64,000 bases of DNA from Geosiphon pyriformis uo1 (lineage: Eukaryota; Fungi; Glomeromycota), in assembly GCA_016748015.1 (NCBI GenBank), contig JAAOMT010000009.1, positions 452,459 to 516,458 on the forward strand, in the 5' to 3' direction. Position 1 is the first letter of the stretch. Each line of letters starts with the position of its first letter. Of this stretch, positions 40,601 to 56,397 are shown piece by piece. The notes under the pieces are model-generated. The model was not told the origin of the DNA and ran no database searches. It saw only the letters and a program-made list of their open reading frames with translations. The position numbers and the translations under genes were made by a program.

Positions 40601-42923
40601 CAAACCCAACTTAGCCCAAGAAAGTCTCATGCTACCAAAAATTGGTTCAGTGCAAAATGCAGATTCAAGCTCATTTTTAGATTCAAAACCAATGATGGTA
40701 CAGCAAATTTGATTGCCAGTTTCCAGTAAATAATTGATTATACAAGTTTTCCTACCAGTTCCTTTCAAAAGAGTACCAAGATTGTGTGCAGTTGTTTCCA
40801 TTAACAAAGTAAACAAAAACATTTTAAAGTGATCCTTAGACATCCAAATATCCTGATCTTCTATGGCCATAGCCACATGCACTGAGTTCTTCCCAATAAG
40901 TAATGACTATTTTAATGTCAGTTGTTCTGCTTGTTCCAATTCAGTAAATTCTACTACAGCTTTCTACCATATTTCAATCAGCTGAATTTTGATTGACTTA
41001 ATTTCCCCAAATACAGATACCACAGCAACAATTATTTTCTTTGGCGTGTTCATAAGAATTTCCTTAATTACCACAGCCTAATCTGAATGGATTCTTTGTT
41101 TTTTAAGATTACTGTTTATGGTAATCTCTTTCTCCCTGGCCAATGATGTGGCCTTTTCCATGCTCTCCTTTGAAGTAAACATAGATCTAATAATCCTTTC
41201 AAACTTTGAGAGGGTAGTGGCCCCTCCAAAACCATTGATTGTTGCAAAAATTTTCCTGATGAGTTAAGTTTTTGCTGTTACTGATTTCCCTTTTACAGCC
41301 AAGAAATTAATGTTCAAAGCAAATAACTTCCTAACTAAGACCTTCACCTAAGTCTTGACAATTTTGGAGTCAACTCACTTTTTATCTAAAGAGATTGAAA
41401 GGTGAAAAGGAAGAGAGACTTTTTCATCATTATCTATACCAAAGTTGGAAAAACTAAGTAGAGAACCAAAAACTGCATTATTAATGACTCATTTTGCTTT
41501 GGAAGTGTTGGCAGTTGAGCCCAAAAGAAAGCCACCACCAATACCAGATATGTTGACATTTTTATCATTACTTGACTCATTATTCAAATCTAAATCCACA
41601 CTACCAAGACCTGACTTGATCAAAGAAATGTCTTTTTTATCTCCTGAATGCTTTATATTACCCAAAACCACCTGCAAGACCATGAAAAACACTCTTAGGT
41701 GTCTTTTTTTCATCATGTTGCTATCAGAAAGAGCCTCTAAGCTTACAACAAAAGAATTATTAGGTAAAAAAATGTTGAAATAAGCTAACAACAGAAAAAT
41801 AAAAAAAACTTCTTTTTCAGAAAAGTGCTCTTTGGGGTTTTTTGAATGTAAAAAAGAGGTTTATTAGTTATTAAACTTAATTTAATTTTGTTTTCAAAAA
41901 AATTTGTAATAAGTAAGACATATTAATTAAAAAAAACTTAAAAATAAAAACGAATTTATTAAAAATTTTTCTAAATAAGATTATTTATTATTTATTTTTG
42001 TATAATTTAAAAATTTTTAAACAGATATAAACAAAAAATAATTGGTTTTAATAATAAGTTTTTTAAATATTAATAGTGCTTTTAATTAGTTGTTTAATTA
42101 TAAATTTTAAATTTGTAAATAATAAATTAATTATCTAATTATCTATTGCAATTTTTATAAAATTAAAAGTTAGTTTTGTAAATAATTTTTTGATTAAATT
42201 ATAAAAAATTTTTTAAATTATAATATTTTTCTTATAAATAATTTGTTTACTATATTTTATTTTTTTAATAGTACTTTAATATTTATTATATTAAAAATTC
42301 AATTTTCTATAATATATTTTATTTACTTATAAGATTTAATATTATATTTATTAAAAAATTATTAAACAAAAAAAGCTTGATTTTTAATTAAAAAAGTTTT
42401 TATTATTAGAAAAAATTAAATTTCAAAAATTAAATTTTTAAATAGTTTAAACTAATTATTAATTATTTAAGTTATAATATTTATTATAAAATTATTTTAA
42501 AGTTAGATAATAATTTTTAATTTATTAATATACATAAATCTAGTAATTTTTCTAAAATAAAAAATTGTTTATTGAAAACAAACTTAAATTTTATTAATAT
42601 ATATAATTAATTTATTAAAAAATTTGAATATATAATATAATTGTATTTTTTGTAAATTTAATTTTAAGATTAGTATTAAAATAGATAAACTGATTTTTTT
42701 AATAATAATTAAGTTGTAGATAATTGTTTTAATGTTAAAATATGTTCTAATTTTTAGTGTTATTGTAATAAATATAAATATTTAAACTATTTTAAATGTC
42801 TGTTTATCTAAATTAAAATTGGTTTTATTAGATTTTTGTTATTATTGTTAACTTAAAAAATATTATATATTAAATATAAATAAATATAAGTATCTTAATA
42901 TTTTATAATTTAAAATAAAAAAA

Positions 42924-43675
42924 TTTTTTTTTTTTTTTTAACCCATTTAATGAGTGCAGCCCAATCGCTATCTAGTACATAGAACCAAACTAAGAGGCTC
43001 AAACTAAACATGACTCACACACTTTCTACATGTGGCTAGCCACTCAGACCAGACAAGGCAACACTACACATCTATAACTACCCGCACACTGCCACCCAGA
43101 CCAGAAAAGAAATAATAAGGCTTCCGACGACCAAAGCTAACAGCAAAGGAATTGGCTAAACCAAGCAATCTCACAACACCATCAGACAAAACCGAAGACA
43201 CACCACAAGGGAGCCCAGAAACAATACCAATGTCACAGACCAGACCAGTCTTCTCTATCACCACCTGGTGGCTGGCTCTAGCCAACCATACTTTAGCACA
43301 ATGTAATCCAACAATGAACCTGACATAATCAACAATCAGAGCAGTGGCCACCTTTCTATCCTCAAAAACATTGCAAGCCTCCTCATATCACTCCTCCAGC
43401 ACAAACCTTTTGCACACCAAAGTATACAGCCCAACATCAATGGAACATTGAGACAAAACCCGCAACACAGCAGAAGCAGGGAAACCACTAGCCAAAGCTG
43501 ACCAACGGGCAGAAGCCTTCGCCAAAATCTCACCATGAATGCGAGACTCATGAACACAAGTAAAAACGTGGTCAGAAAACTCCACCTCATCGCAAAACAA
43601 ACACAACACACTAGGGTAGCACTTATCATACAACCTCTTCCTTACTGCCACTGGCAACCTTCTGTGCACAGCCAA
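42924..43675 (-). mobile_element. 5'-truncated LINE copy 3 with poly(A) tail
   Basis: T-run 42924-42939; 3' UTR matches 5060-5180; ORF2 C-terminus with CLFC..DHVFTC finger. Confidence 0.92.
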
Positions 43676-46605
43676 AGTTATTTAAATATTTTAATTAATA
43701 AAAAAATTAATAAACTTATTAATATTGTTTTTGATTTTGCTTAAATATTTTCTATTAATGTTTATAAAATATTTATTATAATTAATAAAATGACTGTTTT
43801 TATAAATATTTAATATTTTGTTTATAATACTTTTAAAATTATTATTATATTTATTAAAAATAAAGTTCTAATATTTGGTTCAGTTTGGTTTAAGTTTAAT
43901 CAAACCACTGAACTGAACTGAATTTAAACAAAAAATTTGGCAAAATTTTGAACTTAAACTTAAATCAAATTTAAAATTACTAAACTTGAACTGAACTTAA
44001 ACACATATAACAAGTTTGGTTTAAGTTCAGTTTAAAGTTTATAAATATGTTTAGATTTAATTATTAAAAATATTATATTATACTATATTATTATTTAATT
44101 TTTTTTTAATGGTTTCTGTATTCATGATCAAAAACACTATACTGCTTTTATAGTTTTAAGCATTAAACAAAGTTTCATATTTGTAATCATATTTTTATCT
44201 GTAAAAAAAACGTTGTTACTGGAAAATTTTCATATCTTTCAATACAAAAATTACAACACATACAATAGAAATTAACATCAAAATCATGCAAAAAAGGCCT
44301 ATATAATTGCATTTAATCAACAAAATCAGCCGGCAATTTGAAAATAAATAATCAGCAATTAATCTAATTACAACAAAGAAATATGGCACAATCCAACAAT
44401 TTAACTAAGTTGGACACAAAGAAATCTTGGCAAATGAAAAAACACCAATGGAAATGAATGATTGACATATGTAATCAGATAACAGCAGGTTTTGTTATGC
44501 TTCAAAATTCTTATACATCCTTATTAGAACAATTTAACATTCCAGATCTGTGATCAATAGTTAAAAGTAATTACCAAGAAATGTAATCAATTGATCTATT
44601 TCTAATTATGTTGATCATAATTACAATTGGTATCATTGATTTACAATCAATGTTCTAGATCCAGCCATCTAAAATCTGATCATTTAAATTACTAGCTCTT
44701 GGATAAATAACAGGCCAAGTAAGCTTATTATGAATTGATTAATTAAATGTATATAAATAATTGATGTATTTTAAATAGTTCTAATATAGTATGTAGATCT
44801 GATATAATTTAGCTATATATACAGCTCTTCTGTTAACTCAGAAAAGCATCAGTTCAATACTAAGCCAACTCTTTGCTATAATTTTATAGTAAGCAGTTAG
44901 TTCTTTCCTCTATCTCTTACTTTCTTTTTTTCCCTTTTTCTATGCTCTAAATACTTGTCATTACAATCTCAAGTATGCCTTCCCATATTCCTTATTATTA
45001 TTTGGAATCACGTTATTTAGAACTTCTTATTTACTTGCTAACAAAATCATCAAGCTTTCTATTACTTCCAATCTTTCAAATCATGTGTTATTACTATTTC
45101 ACATTAAGTCTTGTTTCACCAAACAAGTTGTTATAATATTAAAATAAGTAATAAAGTATCATGTTGTTACAGAGTGGTCTCAACAATAAAAAGTTTAAAT
45201 CTATTTCAGTTATGTTTTGCTCTTACAATCTTTTATAATTTCTATAACTTTGTTTTCAAAGTGGGTATTTGAATACCACACCCTTTTGACAACTAATTAA
45301 AAGAATTCTGGTTATGATTTTTTTAAGTAGTTTTGGTTTCTGCTTGTTGCTGGTTGCACTTCTGATACATATAAAGAGATGTAACTTCTCTTTTTCCTTT
45401 TAAAATATCTAAGACTGGTTCTTGCCCAAAAACAAACAATAATGACAATACTTTCTTTCACTTTTAATAACATTATTATGTATCCCTTTTTGCTCTCCCA
45501 CTTACTAAAATAGTCCATACACCCATAATATGCTATAGTTCATAGCATAATCATGATAATGTGTGTTCTAAATGAAAGTTATTGTCATTGCTAAGAAGTT
45601 ATAAATCTGTAGCTTTTACCTGGTAACAACGTGTTCAAAAACAACAAATAATTCTTGAATTGCCAAATAATTACAGATCATACATATAAGACAAAAAAAT
45701 TGTGTTTAATGTGCTTAAATATCGAATTATTAAGATAAATATTTTTTGTAATATACTTTCCACTATATTATTATATCTATTTTTTTATTGGTTATTTTTT
45801 TAGAAATATAATAATTAATTTTGTTAAGTTTTTTTTCTTATCATTATCAAAGTCTGTTTTTAATATGAATTATGTAACTAATGCTATAATATTATTAAAA
45901 TTGTTATTTAACAAAAAATTGTCATTTGATATTGGTATAATATTTAATGTATACTATATTTCAAAGAGAGTATACATTCTAAAAGTTTATTTATCATGTG
46001 AAAGTTGAAAAATAAAACTGTCTGAATAAATTAATTTCCTCTTTGTAAAATAATAGAATTTTTTTTTGGATTCAATACAATGCAGAGCATTATAGTTGTA
46101 TTTGTTTTAGAGTAATATTTAACCAACTTTTTTCTTGCTGCCTTAGCTATTATGACAAATAATAAATTTAATATTAAATATGTTAAATAAATAACTAAAT
46201 AAATACAATCAAAATTATAATATTTTATTAGATTTATTATTATTAACTATGTCTTTGACATGATTAAAAATAATATTAAAGAGAAAAATAATTAAAATGA
46301 CAATATTATTTGAATTGGCTGATATTTTGACTATAATATTCTTAAATAGTTTAAGAAATTTAACAATTTTATTAAAAACAGCCCACTGGTTAGGTAAAAT
46401 AGCATATTGATAAAAGTCAATATGAGTGCTAATAAGAGTATTTAATGTCTATAAATTTATAATTAAAATTTTTGTATTTAAAATATATAAAATTAGAAAT
46501 AAATAACTTGCTAATTTAAAAGATAACTCATTCGTAACTATATTATAAATAAAATTCTATGAGATAAAACAATTCAAAATGAGTTTATAATATTTAATTT
46601 GACAT

Positions 46606-47644
46606 TGTTACCTGAGTAGAAAAACCAATTCAAAGTTATGGAGAAAACATGACCAAAAATGTAATAACATAAAATAATACAGAATAATGCAAAAAAATAC
46701 AGAATAACACATAATAACTTAGAATAACATAATACAAAACTCGATACTATGTTATAGCACAAAATAACTAATTAAAACATAAGATAATTAGTAATAATAT
46801 AGAAGAACAAAATGATAATAAAAATAACAAAGCAATAGCTAGCAAAAACAAAACAATAAAAAAATAATTCTATAGAACCAAAAAAAATGTATAAAAATGA
46901 GTAACTATAAAAGTTAGAAAAACATTCAAACAAAAATCAATTTTCCTCTTCTTTATAATTATTACATCTTATAAAAATAAAAGACTTATTTAAAAACATA
47001 AAATCATTAATACATAGTCATTAATCATTTTATATTTAAATTAAACTAATTCTTGTTTCATACTTTTGTTCTAGGACTAATGCTTTTAACATAAATACCT
47101 CGAACTTTAATAACCTAAACTAATCACTCTTGATCATGACAATTAACAATACTAATTTATCTTTTTCTATTTTCTTTTTTTTTATTTTTTTTTATTTTTT
47201 TTTATTTTTTTTATTTTTATTTTTATTTTTTATTTTATTCTCTCTTGTAAAGTAACAACATAGAAAAATCAACTGTTTAAGAATAGACTCTATAATAGCC
47301 TGGTAAAAAAAAAGGCTCTTTTTAAGTTTGGATATTAATATTATTTTGATAGCTTATTAAAAGAGCAAAAAAATACTGTTAGATTTTAATGATTATGTTC
47401 ATTAATTTGAAGAAAATAGCTCACATTCACATATAAAATGTTATAACACTGCAAAATATTTCTCTGTGCTTTATAATCAAAAAACTTTATGGGTAAATTT
47501 ATAACAATTAAACAAATTTTTAGAGACTAATAATACTAACATACCAAACAAGTCTACTGAAAAAAACCCATTAAAAGCTTCCTAAAAACCCAAATTTTGA
47601 GTACCAAACATTACTACCATAAAACCCCAAGTTTATTTATAACA
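46606..47644 (+). mobile_element. Divergent solo LTR of the same Gypsy lineage inside the hAT relic
   Basis: TGTTAC..TATAACA, TSD ACAT/ATAT, retains CTCTTGATCA, T-rich tract, TAGCCTGGTAAAA, GATAGCTTA and GAG(C/T)ACCAA motifs in order. Confidence 0.8.
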
Positions 47645-48074
47645 ATATATATTATAAGTGTATTCAAAAAGCTCAAAACATTAGAACAAAATATGAATTA
47701 TAGAATTAAATTCCCTAATCTTTAATTTATACAAAGTTTACATTAAGAAAATTTCAGGTAAATATATTTGGTTTAGGTTTTTAACAAATATTTTGAAACA
47801 TTATTCTTTATTTTATCTAAGACTATCTGTACTACTAAGTTTAGAATATAATTAAAGCATCAAAATTAAAGGTTCTTTGAATTTTATTGAATGTTTTTTT
47901 TTCTAATTTTTTTGTTAGCTTTTTTACAAAAATACCATTATTTATAATATTATTAAGAATAATAGCAAAAAGCTGTTGAAAAAAAATTAGATTATAACTA
48001 ATAAAATTAATAGTAAATTTATATAATAAAAGAGTAAATATAATTCTTTTTTAAACTTTTTTCTTAATTTTTGA

Positions 48075-48410
48075 CTGAAAATTCAGCTCAAGACAATGAT
48101 GAAAACCACTTAATTAATATTAAAAAAATGTGGTTTTTGATATTATAAGCACTATGGTAACTTTAAGTCTTAGATAATATTAGTGCCAAAAATTTAGCTT
48201 TGAGACAATAATAAAAACCAACTTAAACTAATATTAAGAAATCATAATTTTTGATAATATAAGCATTGTAATAATTCTGAGTTTTAAATAATGTTAATGC
48301 TAAAAATTCAGCTCTAGAGCAATAATAAAAATCAACTTATACCAATATTGAAAAAAAATAATTTTTGATAATATAGACACTATAGTAATTCTAAGTCTTA
48401 GATAATACTA
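48075..48410. repeat. Three degenerate tandem copies of an approximately 113-bp unit
   Basis: AAATTCAGCTC..ACAAT..AAAACCAACTT..TTTTTGAT..AAGCACT..AGTCTTAGATAAT recurs at about 48078, 48190 and 48304. Confidence 0.75.
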
Positions 48411-50279
48411 ATATGCTGTATAGTATGCTAATTTCATTATTGGCTATTGACTAATCTAAATTCCTACAAATATATATATACATATTTTTAATATAATTCT
48501 ATAATCTTTTAATACTTTAAAAAATTTGTTTACAATATTTATTTTATTATGTTATTTATTTATAAATTCAAAATTAATTATTGTTTATTAAAGATTCTAA
48601 TTGTTATTAATATAATAAGCAATAATGAAAACAAAAGCTTTATTATTAAGAAATATTTAGAAATCTAATATAAAAGAAATTTTAGACTTGATAATACTTA
48701 AGTATATCTATTATATTATAAGTATATATAAAAAAAAACATTTTATAATAAAAATAGTGTTTACTTTTAATTTTTATCTATCTAAGACATAGAGTTCTAT
48801 GACTTTATTCTTAATTGTATTGGCACAAACAGATTGAAAAATAAGATTTAAATATTAGAATATTTTAATTAATTTAAGATTTTTTACTATAAAAAGTAAT
48901 CACTAATAGTTAATAAACTAAATAGTAATTATATTATAAAGTTTTTATTATTAATATTAATAGCAGTTGCTACAGAAAACTAGAGCAGTTTTTTAGTTAA
49001 ATTGGTTAAAAATTATAAAAAAATAGCAATCTTATCTGTTAAAATATTTTTTTAATTAACTTGTAATCTTTCTGAACATTTGCTTTTTTTTATGATATTC
49101 TTTTATTGTAATATATATTGTTCAGTAGAAAGCCTTTAAATAATGCTATAAAGGTTTAATAATATTTGTAGTTCTACAAAAAAATAATTTATGCACATAT
49201 TTTGAGACTGTATATTTAACTGTTTTTTTTTTATTCATTTAAACTTATTAAAATAATTCTATATTTCATTCTAAAAACTATATTTACCAAATATATTAAT
49301 ATTTGAATTATTTGGGTTATCAAATTCCATTATTTTGAATTTTGAATCTTTAATAACATTGAATAATGTTGACAATAAATTTATTTTGGTAAGTTGGAGA
49401 GTAGAATTGTTATATATACATAGTTTTATATATCTTTTTAACTGATCATAATAATTAAATAAAGTAATGATTAATGAACAAATAATATAAGTTATATCTT
49501 TTTTTAATTCCATTAAACTTAAACAAGTTTATAAACTTTAAACCAAACTTAAACTAAACTCAAATTTGTTAAAAAAATTCAATATCAAATTTAAACTAAA
49601 TCTACTTTGAAAAATTAGTTCAGTTTAAGTTTGGTTCATAATTTAAATCAAATTTAAACAACATTCAAATTTCAATTTAGTTTAATTTAATTAAAATTTT
49701 AATTAAAAAATTAAATCTAATATTAATATTATTAATAAAAATATAATTAGAAATATTAATTAAATATAAATTTTATTAATTTAATATTTTATTTTATAAT
49801 TAACTTTAAGTTTATAAGTAAATTAATAATTAGTTTATATTTTTATTTTATAAAGACTTTATATTATTATTTGTTTATTATAATTTAAAAATACTTATAT
49901 AATAAAAAATATTTAAATATTTTATATTTATATTATGATAAAGTTAAAGTTTTAAATTATGTTTTTTTTGTATATTTAATAATATAATATATATCGTTTT
50001 ATATAAAAGTATTATTTTTAAGAATTAATATTATAAAACTCTTTTTTTTTGATAATATTAAAATTATTATAAAAAAAAATTTGATTTTTTATAATAGATT
50101 TTTATTTTTATTTTTTAATAGTTTATAATTTTTATTCTTAAATAATATAATAAAATTACTTAGTATTATTAAAATAATTAGAGTTTTTTTGTGATTTACA
50201 TAATTTTGTATGTTTTTTTTGGTATAAATAGTTTTATTTATAAAGTAAAACAGAAAAAAAATAAAAAACAAAATATAAT

Positions 50280-51500
50280 ATAATTAATAATATAATATAA
50301 TATAAATTATCAAAGCATATTATATCAAAAATTCCAAAAATATTAGCAAAATTTCAAAAATTTCAAAAAAATTAATAAAAATTTCAAAAATTTTAATAAT
50401 AACTTAAAAAAATTATAAAAATTATCAAAAATTTATGTATATATAATAATTACAGTAAAAAAAAACAAATTTAGTTTTACTTTTATTAAATAACTCTTAT
50501 AATTAGCAATTTAATATTTAAAATAAAACATATATCTAAAAATAAAATTATTATTTAAATTATCTAAATATCTAACTTTTATGAATTTATATTTATTTTA
50601 TTAAAACTTAATTATCTTTTTATTAATATTAATAATAACACTAAAACAATAGTTTTTGCTTATAACTATTGACAAAATACTAATTTTTATTTTTATTATT
50701 TTTATTTCTTTAAGTTTTGTTTCTAATTTACTAATAAATTAAAAAAATATATATTAAAATTATAATATCAAAAATTAATTAGAAAAAATACAAAAATAAT
50801 ATAAAAAATAATTAAAAAACTAAAATTATTTACCAAAAAATAAAAAACATTAAAATAAATTAGCTACTATATTAATAAAATTAAACATTAAATATTGTTT
50901 GTTATTATTATCAAATTTTTATTTATTATACAAAAAACTCCACTTTTAAAACACTTTTAAATAATTTAAAGTTTTTAGATTATAATTAAATTAAGAATAT
51001 TAACTTATAGGATAATTATTAACTAATTATCTATAATATTTAGTGTTTTTTGTAAGATATAATTTACAAAAAACAAAACATTATTAAAACCAATTAGCAA
51101 AAGTAACAGAATTAAAATTTATAAAAACCAATTATTTAAAGTTTATAAAATTATTATATAAACATTTTTAAAAAAATTTAAAATTAATTATTAACTATTT
51201 TTTAATAAAATTAAATTTTAACTTTATATTAACACAAAATAAAATACAATTTAAAAAAACCAGTTAATTCAAATTTATAAAAGTAAAATTTTATAAAAAA
51301 CTTAAACAATATATTAATTATTATTAATTACATAATTTTACAAAAATTTTTATTATTATAAAAAACAACAAATTTAGTTTATTAATTTAAATATTAGCCA
51401 TAATATTCAAAAAATTAATTATATTATTATGAATAAAAATTATAGTTTTTATTAATTATTATATGTATTAAATATTAATATTATATAATTAATTATTCTA
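50280..51500 (+). mobile_element. Extremely AT-eroded copy of Gypsy 5' LTR, PBS and gag start
   Basis: TATGTATATATA about 50435; CTAAAACAATAGTT..ACTATTGAC about 50641; CTATAATATTTAGTGTTTTTTGTAAGATATAAT at 51031 equals LTR end plus PBS after C>T/G>A; AAAAGTAACAGAATTA equals gag AAAGTGGCAGAATCA. Confidence 0.8.
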
Positions 51501-52804
51501 TTTTTAGATAATAATTAATTAATTTAATTAATAATTAGATTATTAACTTAATTATTAATTTAATTATTAATAACTTTAAATAACTATATAAAATGCATTT
51601 TTTAGCTATAAAAAAATATTAAAAAATACAAAATAATAAAATAATAAAAATTATTTCTAAATATCTAATTTTTTTTATATTATTTATTTTTTTTCAATTT
51701 TAAAGTATTTAAACATCTGTAAATAAAAAATTATTTGTTAGTATTTATATATCTGAATTATATAACTGTTAATCTTAAAAATTATTAAATAAAAATTATT
51801 AAAAAATACAATTAATATCTAGATATTAAATTTTAAAAGTATTAATATAAAGCATAAAATTATATTAGTGTGTTATTTTTTGTTAAAAATATATGAACTA
51901 TTTCTTTATTTTTAAATTTTTTTATTATTTTTTAAAAAAATTAACAACTAAAATATTTATGAAACTAATTTTACATATTGAATTCATATTAATTTAATTT
52001 GTTTTTTGAAATTAAATTACTTTTTAATTAATTTTATTATCATAAAATTCTGTTTTATCTTGCTATCTGTTAGTTTATTACTTTAATCTATAATAATATA
52101 TTTATAAAAAAATCAAAAATTGTTTTATTTTTAAACTTATTATATTATATATTTTATATAATACTATTCAAATTTTATTAAAAACAGTATCAGCTTTTTA
52201 TTAAACACTTTAAAACTTTTAAAAAAATAGAAATTACATTAAAACTATTTTAAATAAACTGTTTTAAAGAAATTTTAAAAGAAAAAAAACTTTTAATTAA
52301 AAAAAAAGATATTTTTAAACTAATAAAAGACTAATTAGCTATTATTTCATTTAAAAAGAGCACTTTTACAGAATTCTGTTAAGCAGCTCCAATAGTTGTT
52401 AGTACTTTATTAATAAAAAACTATTAATTGTTTTAAATAATAAAGAAAGTTCAAAAAATAGTTATTTTATTTTTTGCTTTGGTTATAAACATAAAAATAA
52501 AAAAAATAAAAAATTTAAAACTTTTTATAAAAGTTGTAAAACATTAAAACTAATTCTAATGCTTAAAAAACTTTAATTGAAAACAATTATTAATTAAAAA
52601 CAAAAAGTGCTTTTAAAACACTTAAAAGCTGCTTTATTTTTAAAATATTTAAGAAAAATGGTTTTATAATATTATGTTTAACTGTTTTTATAATTGAAAC
52701 CTTTTTTAATAATAACTTTTTTTATTATTATAAAAAAGATAATGTTTGCATTTTTTTTATTTTTTGTTTTGGTTGTAAATTATTAAAAAAATACAATTAT
52801 TTTA

Positions 52805-53105
52805 GGGAATTGCTAAATCGACCCATCCGCAACACGTGATATCATTTATGTCATAGTTTCGTATTCAACTATATATAGAAACATATTAACGAATATTATA
52901 GTTGTCTATGATGAAGTGTTTTTTAATTATAAAACACTATAAATTACTTAAGACATAATAAAAAATTAAATATATAATTTTATATAAGAAAAAGTTATTT
53001 TTATTTTAATTAAACTAATATTTATTAGAATTACTAATAAATAAATATTAAAATTCTATATATATTAATATCACGTGTTGCGGGTGGGTCGATTTAACAA
53101 TTCCC
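52805..53105. mobile_element. MITE, 301 bp, about 38-bp TIRs
   Basis: GGGAATTGCTAAATCGACCCATCCGCAACACGTGATAT and its inverse (2 mismatches); flanked by TTATTTTA direct repeat (8 bp, or TTA). Confidence 0.9.
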
Positions 53106-53505
53106 TTATTTTATTATGATATTTTTTTGAATAAAATATTTAAATGCTTAAACAATAAAACAACATATAATGTAAATATATCATCAATTTGCAGATCAAT
53201 TGCCTAAAGCCTATTACGTATTTACTCATAAAGCTTGAACTTGTACATGCCATTCAGGTTAGCCTCCCGATAACTCTTTATCTTTAAAGATTTAAAAAGC
53301 AATGTATATGAAATTTATCAAGCCTGCTTTTGTGAAGTCAAAATGTTCTTTCAAAGAAAAAATAAAAATAGCTAATCTGAGGATGACGTCAGTTATGCAC
53401 CACACCTTACTAAATAAGATAATCAAAAATCCCCAAGAGCAAGGATTGAAAATGCTCGAAAGCGTCAATGAACTATTGACTGATAATTCCAAATACTTTC
53501 ATGAT

Positions 53506-55506
<2,001 letters not shown>

Positions 55507-55619
55507 TCAACCTTTAGTAAAAGTTACTGTGATCTTGAATCATATCATCCCAATATGTTACAAATCATATAAAATCGAAGAAATTTGACTCAGTAAATAG
55601 ATCTCTCTCCCTTTAAGAA

Positions 55620-56172
55620 ATGGCATCATTCATAAGGTGAGTTTAAAGTGATATGATGGACGCTAAGTTTTTTCATAACTCATCGATTGCTCTTTTCATC
55701 TTAGAAAAAATATACCATCTCAAAATAATTTAAGTACGCTGAGTGAATTTAAAATTTTCTTTGACAAATTGTAGATTGTAACTTAAACGAATTTAACATA
55801 AATCTGAATAAATAATTCCAGAGGAAGCAAGCGATCTGCTTCGACAGCAGTTGATAGCGACTTCAGATGCCCAATTATCTCTCGTTAACCGTTCACTTTC
55901 TCAAACCAGTGCCAATCTGGGGAAAATTCAAATGATTCTCGAGGTTCGTAGTTTTTTTTTGTGATTTTGAAGAATAAAATTTATTAAATGGTTGATTGGA
56001 TTTTGTGTTTTCAAAGGACACGCGTGGCAATATCAAATTCCTGGAACGAGAGTTGAAGTCTTTCAAAGCTCATATTTCGAATTTTGATGCAAGCTTTGTT
56101 CCATCAATTATTATACCTTTAAAAAAAGAATGGCCTTCAGCAGAATATCCAGGAGGTCCTAAAGTAGAATAA
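55620..56172 (+). CDS. Small 4-exon coiled-coil protein (107 aa), possibly BLOC-1 subunit 3-like
   Basis: Exons 55620-55636, 55705-55733, 55822-55943, 56017-56172 join in frame with GT-AG introns; heptad helix followed by FVPSI, reminiscent of the BLOS3 C-terminal (F/L)LPxI; family call from memory. Confidence 0.65.
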
Positions 56173-56397
56173 AAACTTTGCTGTATTATGACTCTTACAA
56201 CGTAGGCAGGGGGAACGCGCTTACGCATCATCCAATTATTCTGTTGAATCTAATCTTTAACACATAAGCGTAGAAACTGACTATTGTGTGACATTTGTCA
56301 AAAACAGAAAGGTTAAAGGAATAAAACCAATTTACAAATCATACTAAAGGGGTAGATATTTTCTCATCTCAACTATAAACTTTTCCTTATCATCACA

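Larger units (their letters stand above)
5615..41850 (-). mobile_element. LINE copy 2, near full length, split by Gypsy A and Gypsy B (pieces about 5615-6222, 17229-19190, 37658-41850)
   Basis: Protein continues across both insertions (..VDNSARH|RILDFHVASWK; ..NSHFISRSGC|TES.AGLSFFFAAG); APE at about 39200-39915; ORF1 about 39915-41790; 3' UTR homologous to copy 1. Confidence 0.9.
43861..49701. mobile_element. Eroded hAT-like DNA transposon
   Basis: 8-bp TSD ATTAAAAA both sides; degenerate termini TAAAGTTCTAAT / ATTAAAATTTTA; subterminal AAACYRAAC-type arrays; about 50-bp inverted match 44013-44061 vs 49512-49560; no intact transposase. Confidence 0.65.

Noticed and set aside
41870-42900. 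AT-rich block as centromere or organellar insertion
   Set aside because: Composition matches the eroded-transposon tracts elsewhere; no satellite unit or organellar gene visible
49271-50271. Short Ile/Asn/Lys-rich ORFs
   Set aside because: Compositional artefacts of AT-rich DNA
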